Shown here piece by piece: positions 19,101 to 27,346 of a DNA stretch of 54,672 nt. Within the stretch, counting starts at the first letter, position 1. Each line of letters starts with the position of its first letter. Origin of the DNA: a virus (lineage: Duplodnaviria; Caudoviricetes); the IMG/VR virus record IMGVR_UViG_3300046780_001084, positions 1-54,672 of that record; one strand, 5' to 3'. The position numbers and the translations under genes are program-made. The notes under the pieces were generated by a model, which searched no databases, was not told the origin of the DNA, and saw only the letters and a list, made by a program, of their open reading frames with translations.

Positions 19101-19951
19101 GCTTGATCACCGTCTTCATCCCCGACTCCGTCATGCCGGGAGACCAGCTTGCCGTGCTCGACCCCACCTGGGGCGTGAACAACATGGGCGTCTGGACCGT
19201 GAAGGCGGTGGGAGAAGACGTGGCTGGCGACGGAAACGTGTTCAACGACAGCGCCACCGTCACCGTCGACGTCTCCTCGCGCACCCCGGCTCCGCAAGGC
19301 GCTTCGGCAGCCCTCACTTCCGCGGGAATCATCTACCTTCGCGAAGGTATCCCGGGCGTGTTTGTCATGCGTGCGGACGGCATCTCCCTCAACCAGGACG
19401 ACGGAAACTTCGTCAACATCCGCTGGGACATTGGCATCGACTCGTCTTCGATCTCGGAGTCGGCTGGCTCGGTCATCACGGTGCTCGACAAGCTCGACTT
19501 CCCGCAGGACTTCTCCGCGGGCTCGGACGGCTACCGCTACGACGTGGGCCTGCTCCGCGAGGCCAACAAGGTGGTGTACGGCGACCCAGGCAACCCGGTG
19601 ACCTACCCGGGCGTGGCCGCAGCCGACTCGCAGATCAACATCCAGGGTCCGCTCGTGAAGCGTATCCAGGTGGGTCTGTCGGTCCGTGTGAAGACGGGCC
19701 TCAACACCCAGGACATCGCCAACCGCGTCCGCTCGGCAGTCGCCACGGTCGTCAACCAGACCACCATCGGCAAGTCCATCGCCTTCAGCGACATCATCGA
19801 TGCCGCCCGGGAGGTCGTGGGCGTGGTCTCGGTTGCCATCGTGTCGCCGCTGTTCTCGGTCGAGCACGACCAGATCAAGATCCAGCCGTACGAGAAGCCG
19901 TTCGTCCTCGATCTGACCCAGGACGTCCAGGTCAGCTTCCTGGGCACCTAA
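13169..19951 (+). CDS. Giant baseplate wedge protein (baseplate J/gp6-like) with internal Kelch repeats
   Basis: N-terminal LDNATGLALSRIG, GNV.AGAI, FTNGRETESDDDYRERI; C-terminal IGKSIAFSDII; central HTATVLANGKVVVVGG / HTATLLTDGRILIAGG. Confidence 0.9.
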   Translation: MADTPTPRSYPQTLGDMFDAFLSKQGIRSLRVGGPIVSLLEAAAQSDMRNAQDIFNLLTSADLDNATGLALSRIGRAEGIPKLEITPSAGVVTLSDTSFTKKATRLFQGAPAPIVGTGVVTPINVVDASSFPAPGPTTKIYIGRGTNNYEGPIRYTAIVNAGNHWEITLATATTRFHNTTETVILAQGDNRTIGPNTVVRTPQASVASAIDFRTLYSVTLPDGETEVSNIQVVAQLGGLIGNVIAGAISEFSTAPFNGAKVSNTRPFTNGRETESDDDYRERIRNVRASRQLGTALAITTAVTGITAFDENKRINSASLVKRFGFPATLYIDDGTGYEERTSAVAVESLIDDATGGETHFETTQRPIARAFAITTNVAPFVLRSTDQLSVKVGGTTYTHSFNADDFHSISNASAFEVVASINSNPDIAFVARTAEQGSKVVVFANADTNEDVEIIENQGGTNANAGLAFPAGVNYTMRLYKNDRLLVKDGVIAVLRSQPFATWNTVSGPQTLTVAVDSTPSITYTFEDQDFIDANTGYATLGRNSPAAWAAVVNAKIPGLTATVDAGKLVLTSNAGPVSRAAVEISGGSLVAAHFFESGVALGARRDYVLDRNEAQIVLSQILEAGDRLTAGSFATRAFVESEDMTTVSLASDAHLWWLVDGTANIIEHGVTPTTSLDIAVAKTEDFGNLVTITAGSAVFANVQPQDWMILWDSSVPTTLRGVHRVADANSTTVTIERHTSLTSRYGHRSVRIPGIGTAIGQIFTCGGAIKPRSTIALTDVPDGVIGTAELYDPNTKITTPAAPMNTSRAFHTATVLANGKVVVVGGVNGFGVHTGSIETYDPVADTWTTSAVSTTTQRKNHTATLLTDGRILIAGGDNGGAANDKFQVYDPSGDTITVEGTMVKARSHHCAVKLPDDTVLIAGGYDAGGVDLVDAERFTPGPDTTVATGSMSVPRSCFGMSDVEVTPTKVIAAGGKLGGIGADSWELYDIAGGTWGGGSTMFVNFEHKPLIKLKNGHVVGLNAYTSDNPPEYAAFTYDGTTFTELHTPIPPSCIDQNNPRWDSEYVELLSGDGTTVKNQVASIGGSFVLGGSFGYQASSVLNVYDEPGNTWNAPEPAATTNLLLGDAGIAFVRSDAFVQDTLIPSGGSYTANSLADAFNADLVGATASVYKTTKLRVNTNTFDDTGDIAMVTRDVTAEAILLDPAPATENLVPHLGAVMSANSDLGTPSFEDVRVVSQEAGVPHAKPVVTSTVIGHDYAIVGLKNLARGTDGGSPFSLGVPFTNLRANSNFKFATRLKTRVVDGNLVSTLETRDAPPQVWGPWDRVVAAAPFAISPNGNLDVLVDNDNDKRYPINLWRTLQTVGSTYGSSNDFRDGDDAGASLAATFGLDYDFNDMAVYMASRAVAFPADAARRMVFRYFRLGPDGDGVRLRFGNPDAPSTNLKVATFMDDGNLTNVTIKLKSGAPRTPTIHNTTRVGQGITAITAGGTATFVEVLNLAISSASRTTSVVTATVTLPAGITDHGFAINDRVWVQSTDVNFSSGLKSISGVTATTFDYSESAGDIGATANIGTVSFDGQGESSFTGSGTVALDFYRLNDPTNLVSYGNATFQVSSVPAGGHHIYVLSGDQIDGASQFVATTLTWVPIVSTAYLQVFANSPQTAGAIATAIQALRDASGSTNPISAKETGTGLNNISQNTCDELDASEFWYVLHDGVNWVKTTTLPLLISDDYTLEFKAPITGALATNSDWENEEVRIVPITTKNIVDWLNTPTVTGLWTVADIEAAGAGHHVQLSTLTAGSDGGVKVQGGLANSVTAPIVGSPVLTGGSSAVSTVALLDADGFTSGMWFRIQNENQLPKPTIIAPGLVLNSWDSAGLMTFASPIYTQNAGPSQLRVQFERQGRFVAISDTGSTDAPFFGSIPHGSWLRVSPATSPTIGQVQAANQGIFRILRSTAGVGGTSGTIYIENPICVEEISECLITVFIPDSVMPGDQLAVLDPTWGVNNMGVWTVKAVGEDVAGDGNVFNDSATVTVDVSSRTPAPQGASAALTSAGIIYLREGIPGVFVMRADGISLNQDDGNFVNIRWDIGIDSSSISESAGSVITVLDKLDFPQDFSAGSDGYRYDVGLLREANKVVYGDPGNPVTYPGVAAADSQINIQGPLVKRIQVGLSVRVKTGLNTQDIANRVRSAVATVVNQTTIGKSIAFSDIIDAAREVVGVVSVAIVSPLFSVEHDQIKIQPYEKPFVLDLTQDVQVSFLGT

Positions 19952-19972
19952 AGCCCCAATCTTAGAGGGGAG

Positions 19973-20968
19973 ATGGCGCTTCCCACCAAATTGAAGACCT
20001 GGCAGCACGCCACGAACCTGAACCCCGGGTTCAACGGGACCGACAAGGCCGATTTCGATACGCTGTTCATCGTCATCAAGAACGCTCTCAAGGCGTTCCC
20101 ACTGAGCGCGTGGACCTGCGCCGGCTCGTCAGACTCCCTGACGGCCGGCATGGATGCCGTGGATCGCCTCGCGGTCCACACCGACGTCGTCCACTCGGGC
20201 GGCGCGCACGCTTGGATGGTCCTGGAGCAGAGCGCCATCGACACGCACACGCAGCTCTGCTTCGACTTCAACACCGACGTCCACCAGGTCAACGTCTACT
20301 TCTCGCCGAGCGCGGGCTTCACGGGCGGAGACACTTCCAACCGCCCCACGGCCGTCGACGAGCTGGTCGTCCAGGCCCCGTTCCAGCCCATCAGCCTGTT
20401 CACGTCGTTCGGCCAGGGCTTGAGCATGCGCGCTCACGTCATGATGTCGACCGACGGACACAGCACGCGCATCGTCACCTGCGGCGGCAACGTCGCCCGT
20501 GGGTTCATCTGCGTGGACGTGCCCATCGATCCTCCGGCAGGCTGGACCAATCCCGTGATCGCGGCGGCGACCTGGAGCGAAAACGCTCCTCCGGCTGACG
20601 CCCTCGGCTTCGTCTTCTGGAAGCAGGGTACGTTCACCTTCAAGTCGCAAGGCCCGATCACCACGATGCCGTTGTACATGGTCCTCCAGGGCTATGCGAC
20701 AAACGGCACGGCCAACGGAACCCTCCTCGGCTACTCTCCGTGGCCGAACGCTGACGAGCTGTCGGGCGAGTTTCCGCTCGGCGGCGTCGGGATCGCCCAC
20801 ACCACCACGGTCGGCCAGCGCGGGCGCCACGGCTACCTCGCGGACTGGTACTTCACTGCACTGAGTGTCCTCCAGGGCAACAGCTTCCCCGGCGACGGGT
20901 CGAAGTCCTGGGTCGTCTTCGGGAACTCTGTGTTCCCGTGGGACGGCGGAAACGTGGAGATGGGCTAA
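19973..20968 (+). CDS. Virion/tail protein, paralog A
   Basis: 331 aa; shares KTWQ, KNALKAF..WTCAGS, GR.GYL.DW, FPGD.SK, PWDG with next gene. Confidence 0.85.
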   Translation: MALPTKLKTWQHATNLNPGFNGTDKADFDTLFIVIKNALKAFPLSAWTCAGSSDSLTAGMDAVDRLAVHTDVVHSGGAHAWMVLEQSAIDTHTQLCFDFNTDVHQVNVYFSPSAGFTGGDTSNRPTAVDELVVQAPFQPISLFTSFGQGLSMRAHVMMSTDGHSTRIVTCGGNVARGFICVDVPIDPPAGWTNPVIAAATWSENAPPADALGFVFWKQGTFTFKSQGPITTMPLYMVLQGYATNGTANGTLLGYSPWPNADELSGEFPLGGVGIAHTTTVGQRGRHGYLADWYFTALSVLQGNSFPGDGSKSWVVFGNSVFPWDGGNVEMG

Positions 20969-21948
20969 TGGGAACTCTTCCGACCCCCGAAAAGACTTGG
21001 CAGTACGCCCACGTCGTTGCCGGCTCGACGGGCACGGCGCACGGCGACCTCGCTGACCTCATCTACCAGACCAAGAACGCGCTCAAGGCCTTCGGTCTCC
21101 AGCCGTGGACCTGCGCCGGATCAAACGACGGCAGCACCGCGGCCATGGACGGCGTCGACCGCTGGACGAGCGGAAGCGTCATCACCTTCACGGGCACTAC
21201 GGGCGCGACCTGGATCGTCATGCAAGCTCCAGCAGGCTGGGGTCACGGCCAGATGCTCATGTACTGCGACAACGGCGGCTCGTTCGGAGCCAACGTCCAC
21301 GTGAAGTGGTCCCTCGGCGGGCTCTTCACGGGCGGCACGACCACCACGATTCCGACCGCGACCGACGAAGACGGGCACACCAACCAGAACCTCATCAACT
21401 TCTCCACCCTCCCGACCGGAGGCGTGGTCACGTGCAACATCCTGCACTCCAGCGACGGCCAGCACACGCGCATGTTCTTCTCCACGCAGAATGTCCCCGC
21501 GGGCTTCATCTGTACCGAGACGGCCGGCTCGCCGGGCTCGCTCTGGACCGATCCCAGGTTCTACGCGCGCGGACCCAACGGCGACCTGAACCCGCTCATT
21601 CCACCGTGGGTCTTCAACACCATCCAGGTCGCTTTCCGCGGCAAGACTCCGGCCGGCAACTTCGGCCCCATCAACGTCCTCCGTGACGAGGTGAACGAGT
21701 CGCTTATCAACGAGGTGTTCTTCGTTCCGAACGAAATCAGCGGTGACGTTCCGCTCTTCACCGTAGGACTGTACTCGCCCGACGTCGTGGGCTTCCGTGG
21801 GCGCATGGGGTATTTGAAGGATTGGTGGTACACGGTCAACTCTGTGAACCCCGGAGACGGATTCCCCGGAGACGCCTCGAAGCAGTTCATCGCCATCCAC
21901 ACTGGCGTCGTCGTTCCCTGGGACGGTACGACCATCGTATTGGGGTAA
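20968..21948 (+). CDS. Virion/tail protein, paralog B
   Basis: ATG at 20968 (TAATG coupling); tandem paralog of 19973..20968. Confidence 0.85.
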   Translation: MGTLPTPEKTWQYAHVVAGSTGTAHGDLADLIYQTKNALKAFGLQPWTCAGSNDGSTAAMDGVDRWTSGSVITFTGTTGATWIVMQAPAGWGHGQMLMYCDNGGSFGANVHVKWSLGGLFTGGTTTTIPTATDEDGHTNQNLINFSTLPTGGVVTCNILHSSDGQHTRMFFSTQNVPAGFICTETAGSPGSLWTDPRFYARGPNGDLNPLIPPWVFNTIQVAFRGKTPAGNFGPINVLRDEVNESLINEVFFVPNEISGDVPLFTVGLYSPDVVGFRGRMGYLKDWWYTVNSVNPGDGFPGDASKQFIAIHTGVVVPWDGTTIVLG

Positions 21949-21951
21949 ACC

Positions 21952-22653
21952 GTGGCAGATCTTGATGCAGATCTGCAACTGGGCAACTCCAAGGTTGCCC
22001 CGAGTGCAGCCCTCTTTCGAGAGGACCACCTCCAGTACGACGCGGACATCCAGCTCCCACCGACGGGCGGGTTCGAATCGCTGCGCAGCTACTGCACGTG
22101 CGAGGCTGGCACGGCCACGATCCACACGACCGGTGTCACCGCGTTCCTGGACCACCTGGAAGTCACGTTCAACGCCAACGTCGTGCTCTCGGGCCCTGCG
22201 CTCGTGCCCGCGAACTGGTACATCTCCGTCACCGGTCCTGGCCGCGCGGTGCAGGTCGGCAGCGTCGAGGTCGTCAGCTCGGACACCGTTCGCCTCGGCG
22301 TGACCGCGCAGACGCTGGACGCGGCGTACACGCTCAACCTCCCCTCGCTCGGAATCACGAGCGACGCGTTCGGGATCTTCACGGGTCTCTATAGTCTCGA
22401 CTTTCTGGGCGTGCCCACGCCGGTCAATGTCCAGATGATCCGCGCCGTCGATGCTCACCACATCGACGTAATCTTTGCCATTGCCGTCGACGAGACCAGC
22501 GCCTCAGATCCCACCAACTACACACTCAGCAACGGCCTCACCGTCACCGGGTCCCACAAGATCACCGACTACTGGTACAGGCTCACCAACCAACCTCGTC
22601 AGGTCGACGGCACCAGCTACACCCTGACCGTCTCCAACGTGGACCCCAAGTAA
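21952..22653 (+). CDS. Ig-like (SbsA/Big_5-like) domain virion protein
   Basis: IDVIF..VDETSASDPTNYTL..YTLTVSNV pattern, present twice. Confidence 0.75.
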   Translation: MADLDADLQLGNSKVAPSAALFREDHLQYDADIQLPPTGGFESLRSYCTCEAGTATIHTTGVTAFLDHLEVTFNANVVLSGPALVPANWYISVTGPGRAVQVGSVEVVSSDTVRLGVTAQTLDAAYTLNLPSLGITSDAFGIFTGLYSLDFLGVPTPVNVQMIRAVDAHHIDVIFAIAVDETSASDPTNYTLSNGLTVTGSHKITDYWYRLTNQPRQVDGTSYTLTVSNVDPK

Positions 22654-23664
22654 ATGTCGTTCCCAGCAGCAACATTCTCCCTCGAATCGGTTCGGCAGAT
22701 CTCCGTCGCCGCGCTGAGGGCGACGTTTACCCAGTACCCGCGCGCGCTGGACGCGGGAAACACCGACGACGCACTCAACCCCAGCAACTACACGCTCACG
22801 GGGCCGGACGCCAACTACGTCACCAGCTGCGCGACTGTCGATGGTGACCGCCAGTCGATCGACCTCTACCTGGCAGCTCCTCTCGACATCGGCGAGTGGA
22901 CCTTGTCGGTCGAGAACATTGTCGAGGACGCGTCGGAATCCCTCGTCCCTCCGATCACCCTTCCGTTCCAAGTCACGTTCACGCTGACGACCGACCCGCT
23001 CGGTCACGGCGCGGTCAACGAGGAGCACGAGAACATCATCCGCAAGTTCCTGAACCCGGCCCTCAAGGGCAAGGGCTGGGACTCCATGGTCGCAGCGCTC
23101 GCCGCGGGCGACCAGCGCAATGCGGACAACGCGCGTCTGGCCTTCGACCAGCTGTTCTTGTCCTCGGCTTCCGGTCTCTACCTCGATCGCCGCGCGAGCG
23201 ACGAGGGCATCGACCGCCCCAGGGGCGTGAACATGTCAGACGACCTGTTCCGCCGCCTCGCCATGACCGAGCGCAACGAGAAGCTCACCCAGAAGTCGCT
23301 GCTCGACGTGTTGGAGATCTTCTACGGCCGTGACGCCGTCCGCGCCTTCTCCGATACCGGCGTGTCCGAACCCTACACGCTTCAGGACGGAGACACGCTG
23401 GCCATCCTCTTCGAGGAACGCAACACCGTCACCGTCACCTTCGAGCGTTCACACTTCTCCCGCATCGGCGCAGCTCTAGCCAAAGAGGTTGCCGCCGCCA
23501 TCACCCGCGCCTGCCGCGATGCCGGCAACTCCGGGTTCGCCATCGAGTACCGCAACACGGTTCGCATCTACTCCGGCACGCTTGGATTGACTTCAAGCAT
23601 TCGCATCGTCGGCGGTCGCGCCAACACGGTTCTCATCTTCCCGGACCCCATCTTCACCCCCTAA
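22654..23664 (+). CDS. Baseplate wedge-associated protein with N-terminal Ig-like domain
   Basis: ALNPSNYTL Ig motif; LFLSSASGLYLDRRA..GIDRP..MSDDLFR, typical of wedge subunits following baseplate J. Confidence 0.75.
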   Translation: MSFPAATFSLESVRQISVAALRATFTQYPRALDAGNTDDALNPSNYTLTGPDANYVTSCATVDGDRQSIDLYLAAPLDIGEWTLSVENIVEDASESLVPPITLPFQVTFTLTTDPLGHGAVNEEHENIIRKFLNPALKGKGWDSMVAALAAGDQRNADNARLAFDQLFLSSASGLYLDRRASDEGIDRPRGVNMSDDLFRRLAMTERNEKLTQKSLLDVLEIFYGRDAVRAFSDTGVSEPYTLQDGDTLAILFEERNTVTVTFERSHFSRIGAALAKEVAAAITRACRDAGNSGFAIEYRNTVRIYSGTLGLTSSIRIVGGRANTVLIFPDPIFTP

Positions 23665-23682
23665 GCCACAATCTTCTAGTCG

Positions 23683-25035
23683 ATGTCCATCTACAATCCC
23701 GTCACCGCCACCCCACTTGCAGATGCCGACGTCACGGTCGATCCGAACGCCGACGTCGCCAGCGAGTACGTCTGCCCGAGCGGGACTCTGTCCACGAGCC
23801 GCACCGTCACGCTCGACGGCACCAGCCTCGGTGACAAGTACGTCGTCCGTGTGATCTTGGAGAGCGGCAACCCCTTCGGCAGCCTCATCGTCAAGAACAC
23901 CGCAGGCGCCACCCTCGCGACGCTCGGAGGTGGTGGGCCGCCCCAGACCGCTTCGTTCTTCGTCAGCTCCGGCCTCTTCCTGCTGTTGAGCACCTACGCC
24001 GCCAGCGTGATCGACTCGGCGACCACGACGACCCCAGGCCTGCTCTCGGCCGCGGACAAGGTTCGCCTGAACGACGCCTTCTTGCAGTTGACCGGAAGAG
24101 CTGGCGGGCAGACGGCGACGGGCGGTACCGCGGCCAGCGAGATCCTCACGCTGGTCTCCACCGCTCACGGCACCAAGGGCAGGATCCTCTTCGGCTCCTC
24201 GGCCAACTTCTTCGACGAGACCGCGCCGAACACCACTTCGTGGTTCACGATGGGCAACAGCTCGACGTCGCCTCCCGGCTCGATCGCGCAGTTCAACCGC
24301 AACGTGAACAGCGCGAACTTCCTCAACATCAGCAATCCGAACACCGGCACCGCTGCCGAGGCCGGCCTGATCCTGTCCCAGAGCGCGACGACGTACACGA
24401 GCTATCTGTATGTCTCGCAGCTCAGCACGGGCTTCACCACGAACGGACCGTTCATCGCTGGCGCAGCCGCCTACGAGCACACCTCGCTCACCGGCTCCCA
24501 CATGTTCTTCTCGGCCTTCGGCACGCAGGACATCGATTTCTACACGACGGCATCCAGGACCCTGCGCCTCAAGATCGCAACGGGCGGCGCTGTCAGTATC
24601 GCAGACCTCGGCACCCCGGGCGGCTACGTCAAAGCAGCCGGCACGAGCGGCTTGCTCTCCTCGGTCGCCACGGTCGCGGTCGCTGACGTCGGCAACCTCT
24701 CGAAGGTGTACCGCCCGCTCCAGGGCACGGCGCTCACCAACGCCGACCAAACCCTCCAGCCCTTCACGGACAAGGTAAGCGAATACGTCCAGACCGCCGC
24801 GCTCACGGTCAGCCGCACCAAGACCCTCGGCACGACCACGGTCGTCACCGGGACGCTGGTCCGGATCGTGCGTGAGGACACCGCGGCCTTCACCCTCGTC
24901 GTCGCCAACGGCGGTGGCGCGGGCGGCACGCTCTTCACGTTCGCCGCTTCCCCGACCGAGAAGCAGGCCGCGACGTTCTTCTACAACGGAACCGACTGGG
25001 TCCTCGTCGGATTCGAATACCTGACGGTGGTGTAA
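23683..25035 (+). CDS. Tail fibre-like protein
   Basis: Thr/Gly-rich; ATTTTPGLLSAADKVRL fibre motif; own CAATCTT motif. Confidence 0.75.
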   Translation: MSIYNPVTATPLADADVTVDPNADVASEYVCPSGTLSTSRTVTLDGTSLGDKYVVRVILESGNPFGSLIVKNTAGATLATLGGGGPPQTASFFVSSGLFLLLSTYAASVIDSATTTTPGLLSAADKVRLNDAFLQLTGRAGGQTATGGTAASEILTLVSTAHGTKGRILFGSSANFFDETAPNTTSWFTMGNSSTSPPGSIAQFNRNVNSANFLNISNPNTGTAAEAGLILSQSATTYTSYLYVSQLSTGFTTNGPFIAGAAAYEHTSLTGSHMFFSAFGTQDIDFYTTASRTLRLKIATGGAVSIADLGTPGGYVKAAGTSGLLSSVATVAVADVGNLSKVYRPLQGTALTNADQTLQPFTDKVSEYVQTAALTVSRTKTLGTTTVVTGTLVRIVREDTAAFTLVVANGGGAGGTLFTFAASPTEKQAATFFYNGTDWVLVGFEYLTVV

Positions 25036-25036
25036 C

Positions 25037-25768
25037 ATGCCCGGCCTTGCGCACGGGTTCCAGCCGAACATGTTCGACCACCTGGTCCTTGACCTGGATG
25101 CGGACAACGTTTCGGGCAACGATGGCGACTCGATCGCCACGTGGCCGAATGCTGCGCCCACGGGCAGCGGAAACAACGCCACCCAGGGCACTGGAGCTAA
25201 CCAGCCGCTCCTGAAGAAGACCAGCAACGGCATCAACGGTCACAGCGTCCTTCGTTTCGACGGTTCCGCCTCGTACATGAGCGGAAGCTACGCCCTGGGC
25301 TCCACGGGCGTGACCGTTTTCTTCGTGGCCCGTACCGGAGGGTCGCTCAATCTCTACGGGACCGTCATTCACCACTCCGACAATCCCACGCACGCCGACT
25401 GGGCCCTCGCTCTCGGTAACGGCGCCGACACCTTCCAAAACGGTTGGGTTGGACCCAGTGCCAGCCTTGGCCTCGGGAACAACACGAGGACGATCAACAC
25501 CATCTACCGCGGCACCGCATTGTACGACAAGGTTAACTGGACCCTCTCGGGCACCTGGGCGACCAACACCGTAGCCGACACCAGCTTCCCCACGGCCAGC
25601 CCGGTCAACTACCACGTGGGAGTTTGGTTCTCGGGCGGATCACCGGGCGTCGCTGGCGTTCACCTCATCGGTGACATCGCGAAGATCCTTGTTTTCAACG
25701 TCGCCCTCACCGCCGCCCAGATCGCGGCAGTAGAGCAGTTCCTCAAAACCAAGTACGCCATCTCGTAA
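25037..25768 (+). CDS. LamG/concanavalin A-like lectin domain protein (putative receptor binding)
   Basis: LDLDA..G..IATW..GNNATQ..NQP..INGHSVLRFDG...GDIAKILVFNVALT..VEQFLKTKY. Confidence 0.8.
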   Translation: MPGLAHGFQPNMFDHLVLDLDADNVSGNDGDSIATWPNAAPTGSGNNATQGTGANQPLLKKTSNGINGHSVLRFDGSASYMSGSYALGSTGVTVFFVARTGGSLNLYGTVIHHSDNPTHADWALALGNGADTFQNGWVGPSASLGLGNNTRTINTIYRGTALYDKVNWTLSGTWATNTVADTSFPTASPVNYHVGVWFSGGSPGVAGVHLIGDIAKILVFNVALTAAQIAAVEQFLKTKYAIS

Positions 25769-25774
25769 AGCACC

Positions 25775-27346
25775 ATGTTCGGCTTTGACGGTCCATTCGG
25801 CGCATCCACCCCTCTGGCCATCTCGCCGGCATCATCGCCGCGCGTGGTTGGACACGGGTTCACCTTCTCCGCGTCAGGCGGTACGGGCTCGGGGTACGTC
25901 TTCAGTTTCGTCGCGAACAACAGCGGCGGCACCCTCAATACCAGCACCGGGGCGTACGTCGCGGGCAGCACCCCGAACGTCACCGACACGATCCGCGTAA
26001 CGGACAGCGGAGCGAACACGGCCGACGCCACGGTCGCCGTCAAAGCCGCGATCGTAATCAGCCCCTCGTCCATCACGCTGCCGCCGCTCGGGACCCACAC
26101 GTTCACCGCAACCGGCGGCGTCAACCCCGGCGGCCCCGCCTTCCAGTTCGTCTTCGGCTGGAACAACTCCGGCGGCACGATCAACAGCACCACCGGTTTG
26201 TACACTGCCGGCTCGACTCCCAGCGTGACTGACAAGGTTCGCGCTACCGACGTCCAGAATAACGAGGACATCGCGGTCATCACGGTCGGGCCGAGTGTCA
26301 GCATCTCGCCGACCACTCCGACCGTCATCGCTCTGAATACGCAATCGTTCACGCCGAGCGGCGGAAGCGGCACCGGATACGTCTGGTCGCTGACAGTCAA
26401 CAACTCTGGCGGCTCGATCAACGCCAGCACCGGTCTCTACACCGCTGGATCTACCGGCAGCGTCAGCGACACGGTCCACCTGGTCGACTCACTCGGCAAC
26501 TCCGCCAATACCGTCGTCAGCGTTGTCCCCGGCGTCAGCCTCAGCCCGTCCAACCCGACCAAGGCTCCTCTGGAGTCTCAGACGTTCGTCGCCAGCGGCG
26601 GCACTGGCACGGGATACGTCTACTCGATCTCCGTCAACAACAGCGGTGGCGGCATCAACCCAATTTCGGGCACCTACGCCGCCGGTCCCACGGGCAGCGT
26701 CACCGACACGGTGCGGGCAGTCGACTCGGGCGGCAACATCGGGACGACCAACGTCACCGTCACCGCCGCGCTCAGCATCGCTCCTGCGAACCCGAACGTA
26801 CACTTCAACGGGACCCAAGCCTTCACCGCAATGGGTGGCAGCGGCATGGGCCTCGTCTGGTCCCTCTCCGTCAACAACTCCGGTGGGTCCATCAATGCCA
26901 GCACGGGCCTGTACACCGCCGGCTCCGCCTTCGGCGTCAGCGACACGATCCACGTGGTCGACTCACTCGGAGCTGTCGCCAACACGACGGCGAACGTCAC
27001 CCGACTGATCGCAACGTGGGACATCGAGCCGTCCGTGGACACCCAGGGGAATTTGCGCTTCACCTTGGTCAGCAGCGATATTTTCGACATGTTCCTGGTT
27101 CACGACGGAGACTTGGCGTACATCTACGGAGACGAGTTCCAGCCCACGAACACCAACGGCACGTTCACGATCAAGGTCGTCTTCGTCACGGACTCGGAAA
27201 AGTGGTTCGAGATCGAGAACCCTCTCGGCATCGAAATGCTCGGCATCGAACAGATCAACTTCCAGGACTTGATGTTCTTCCGCCCGAAGCGCCGCACCAT
27301 CTACGACAACCCCCGCCGCGTCATCGTCTGCGAGAACGAACAATGA
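25775..27346 (+). CDS. Protein with five tandem Ig-like repeats and a baseplate-like C-terminus
   Basis: Repeated ISP..FTASGG.GTGYVWSL.VNNSGG.IN.STGLYTAG..V.DT....DS.G units. Confidence 0.85.
   Translation: MFGFDGPFGASTPLAISPASSPRVVGHGFTFSASGGTGSGYVFSFVANNSGGTLNTSTGAYVAGSTPNVTDTIRVTDSGANTADATVAVKAAIVISPSSITLPPLGTHTFTATGGVNPGGPAFQFVFGWNNSGGTINSTTGLYTAGSTPSVTDKVRATDVQNNEDIAVITVGPSVSISPTTPTVIALNTQSFTPSGGSGTGYVWSLTVNNSGGSINASTGLYTAGSTGSVSDTVHLVDSLGNSANTVVSVVPGVSLSPSNPTKAPLESQTFVASGGTGTGYVYSISVNNSGGGINPISGTYAAGPTGSVTDTVRAVDSGGNIGTTNVTVTAALSIAPANPNVHFNGTQAFTAMGGSGMGLVWSLSVNNSGGSINASTGLYTAGSAFGVSDTIHVVDSLGAVANTTANVTRLIATWDIEPSVDTQGNLRFTLVSSDIFDMFLVHDGDLAYIYGDEFQPTNTNGTFTIKVVFVTDSEKWFEIENPLGIEMLGIEQINFQDLMFFRPKRRTIYDNPRRVIVCENEQ
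25811..27000 (+). repeat. Five approximately 240-nt coding repeats (Ig-like domains)
   Basis: Recurring aacaac(tc/ag)..ggcggc..atcaac...tacaccgccgg blocks. Confidence 0.85.

Noticed and set aside
19973-27000. Diversity-generating retroelement or CRISPR array
   Set aside because: Repeats are degenerate coding repeats; no reverse transcriptase, adenine-specific TR/VR pair or repeat-spacer array seen
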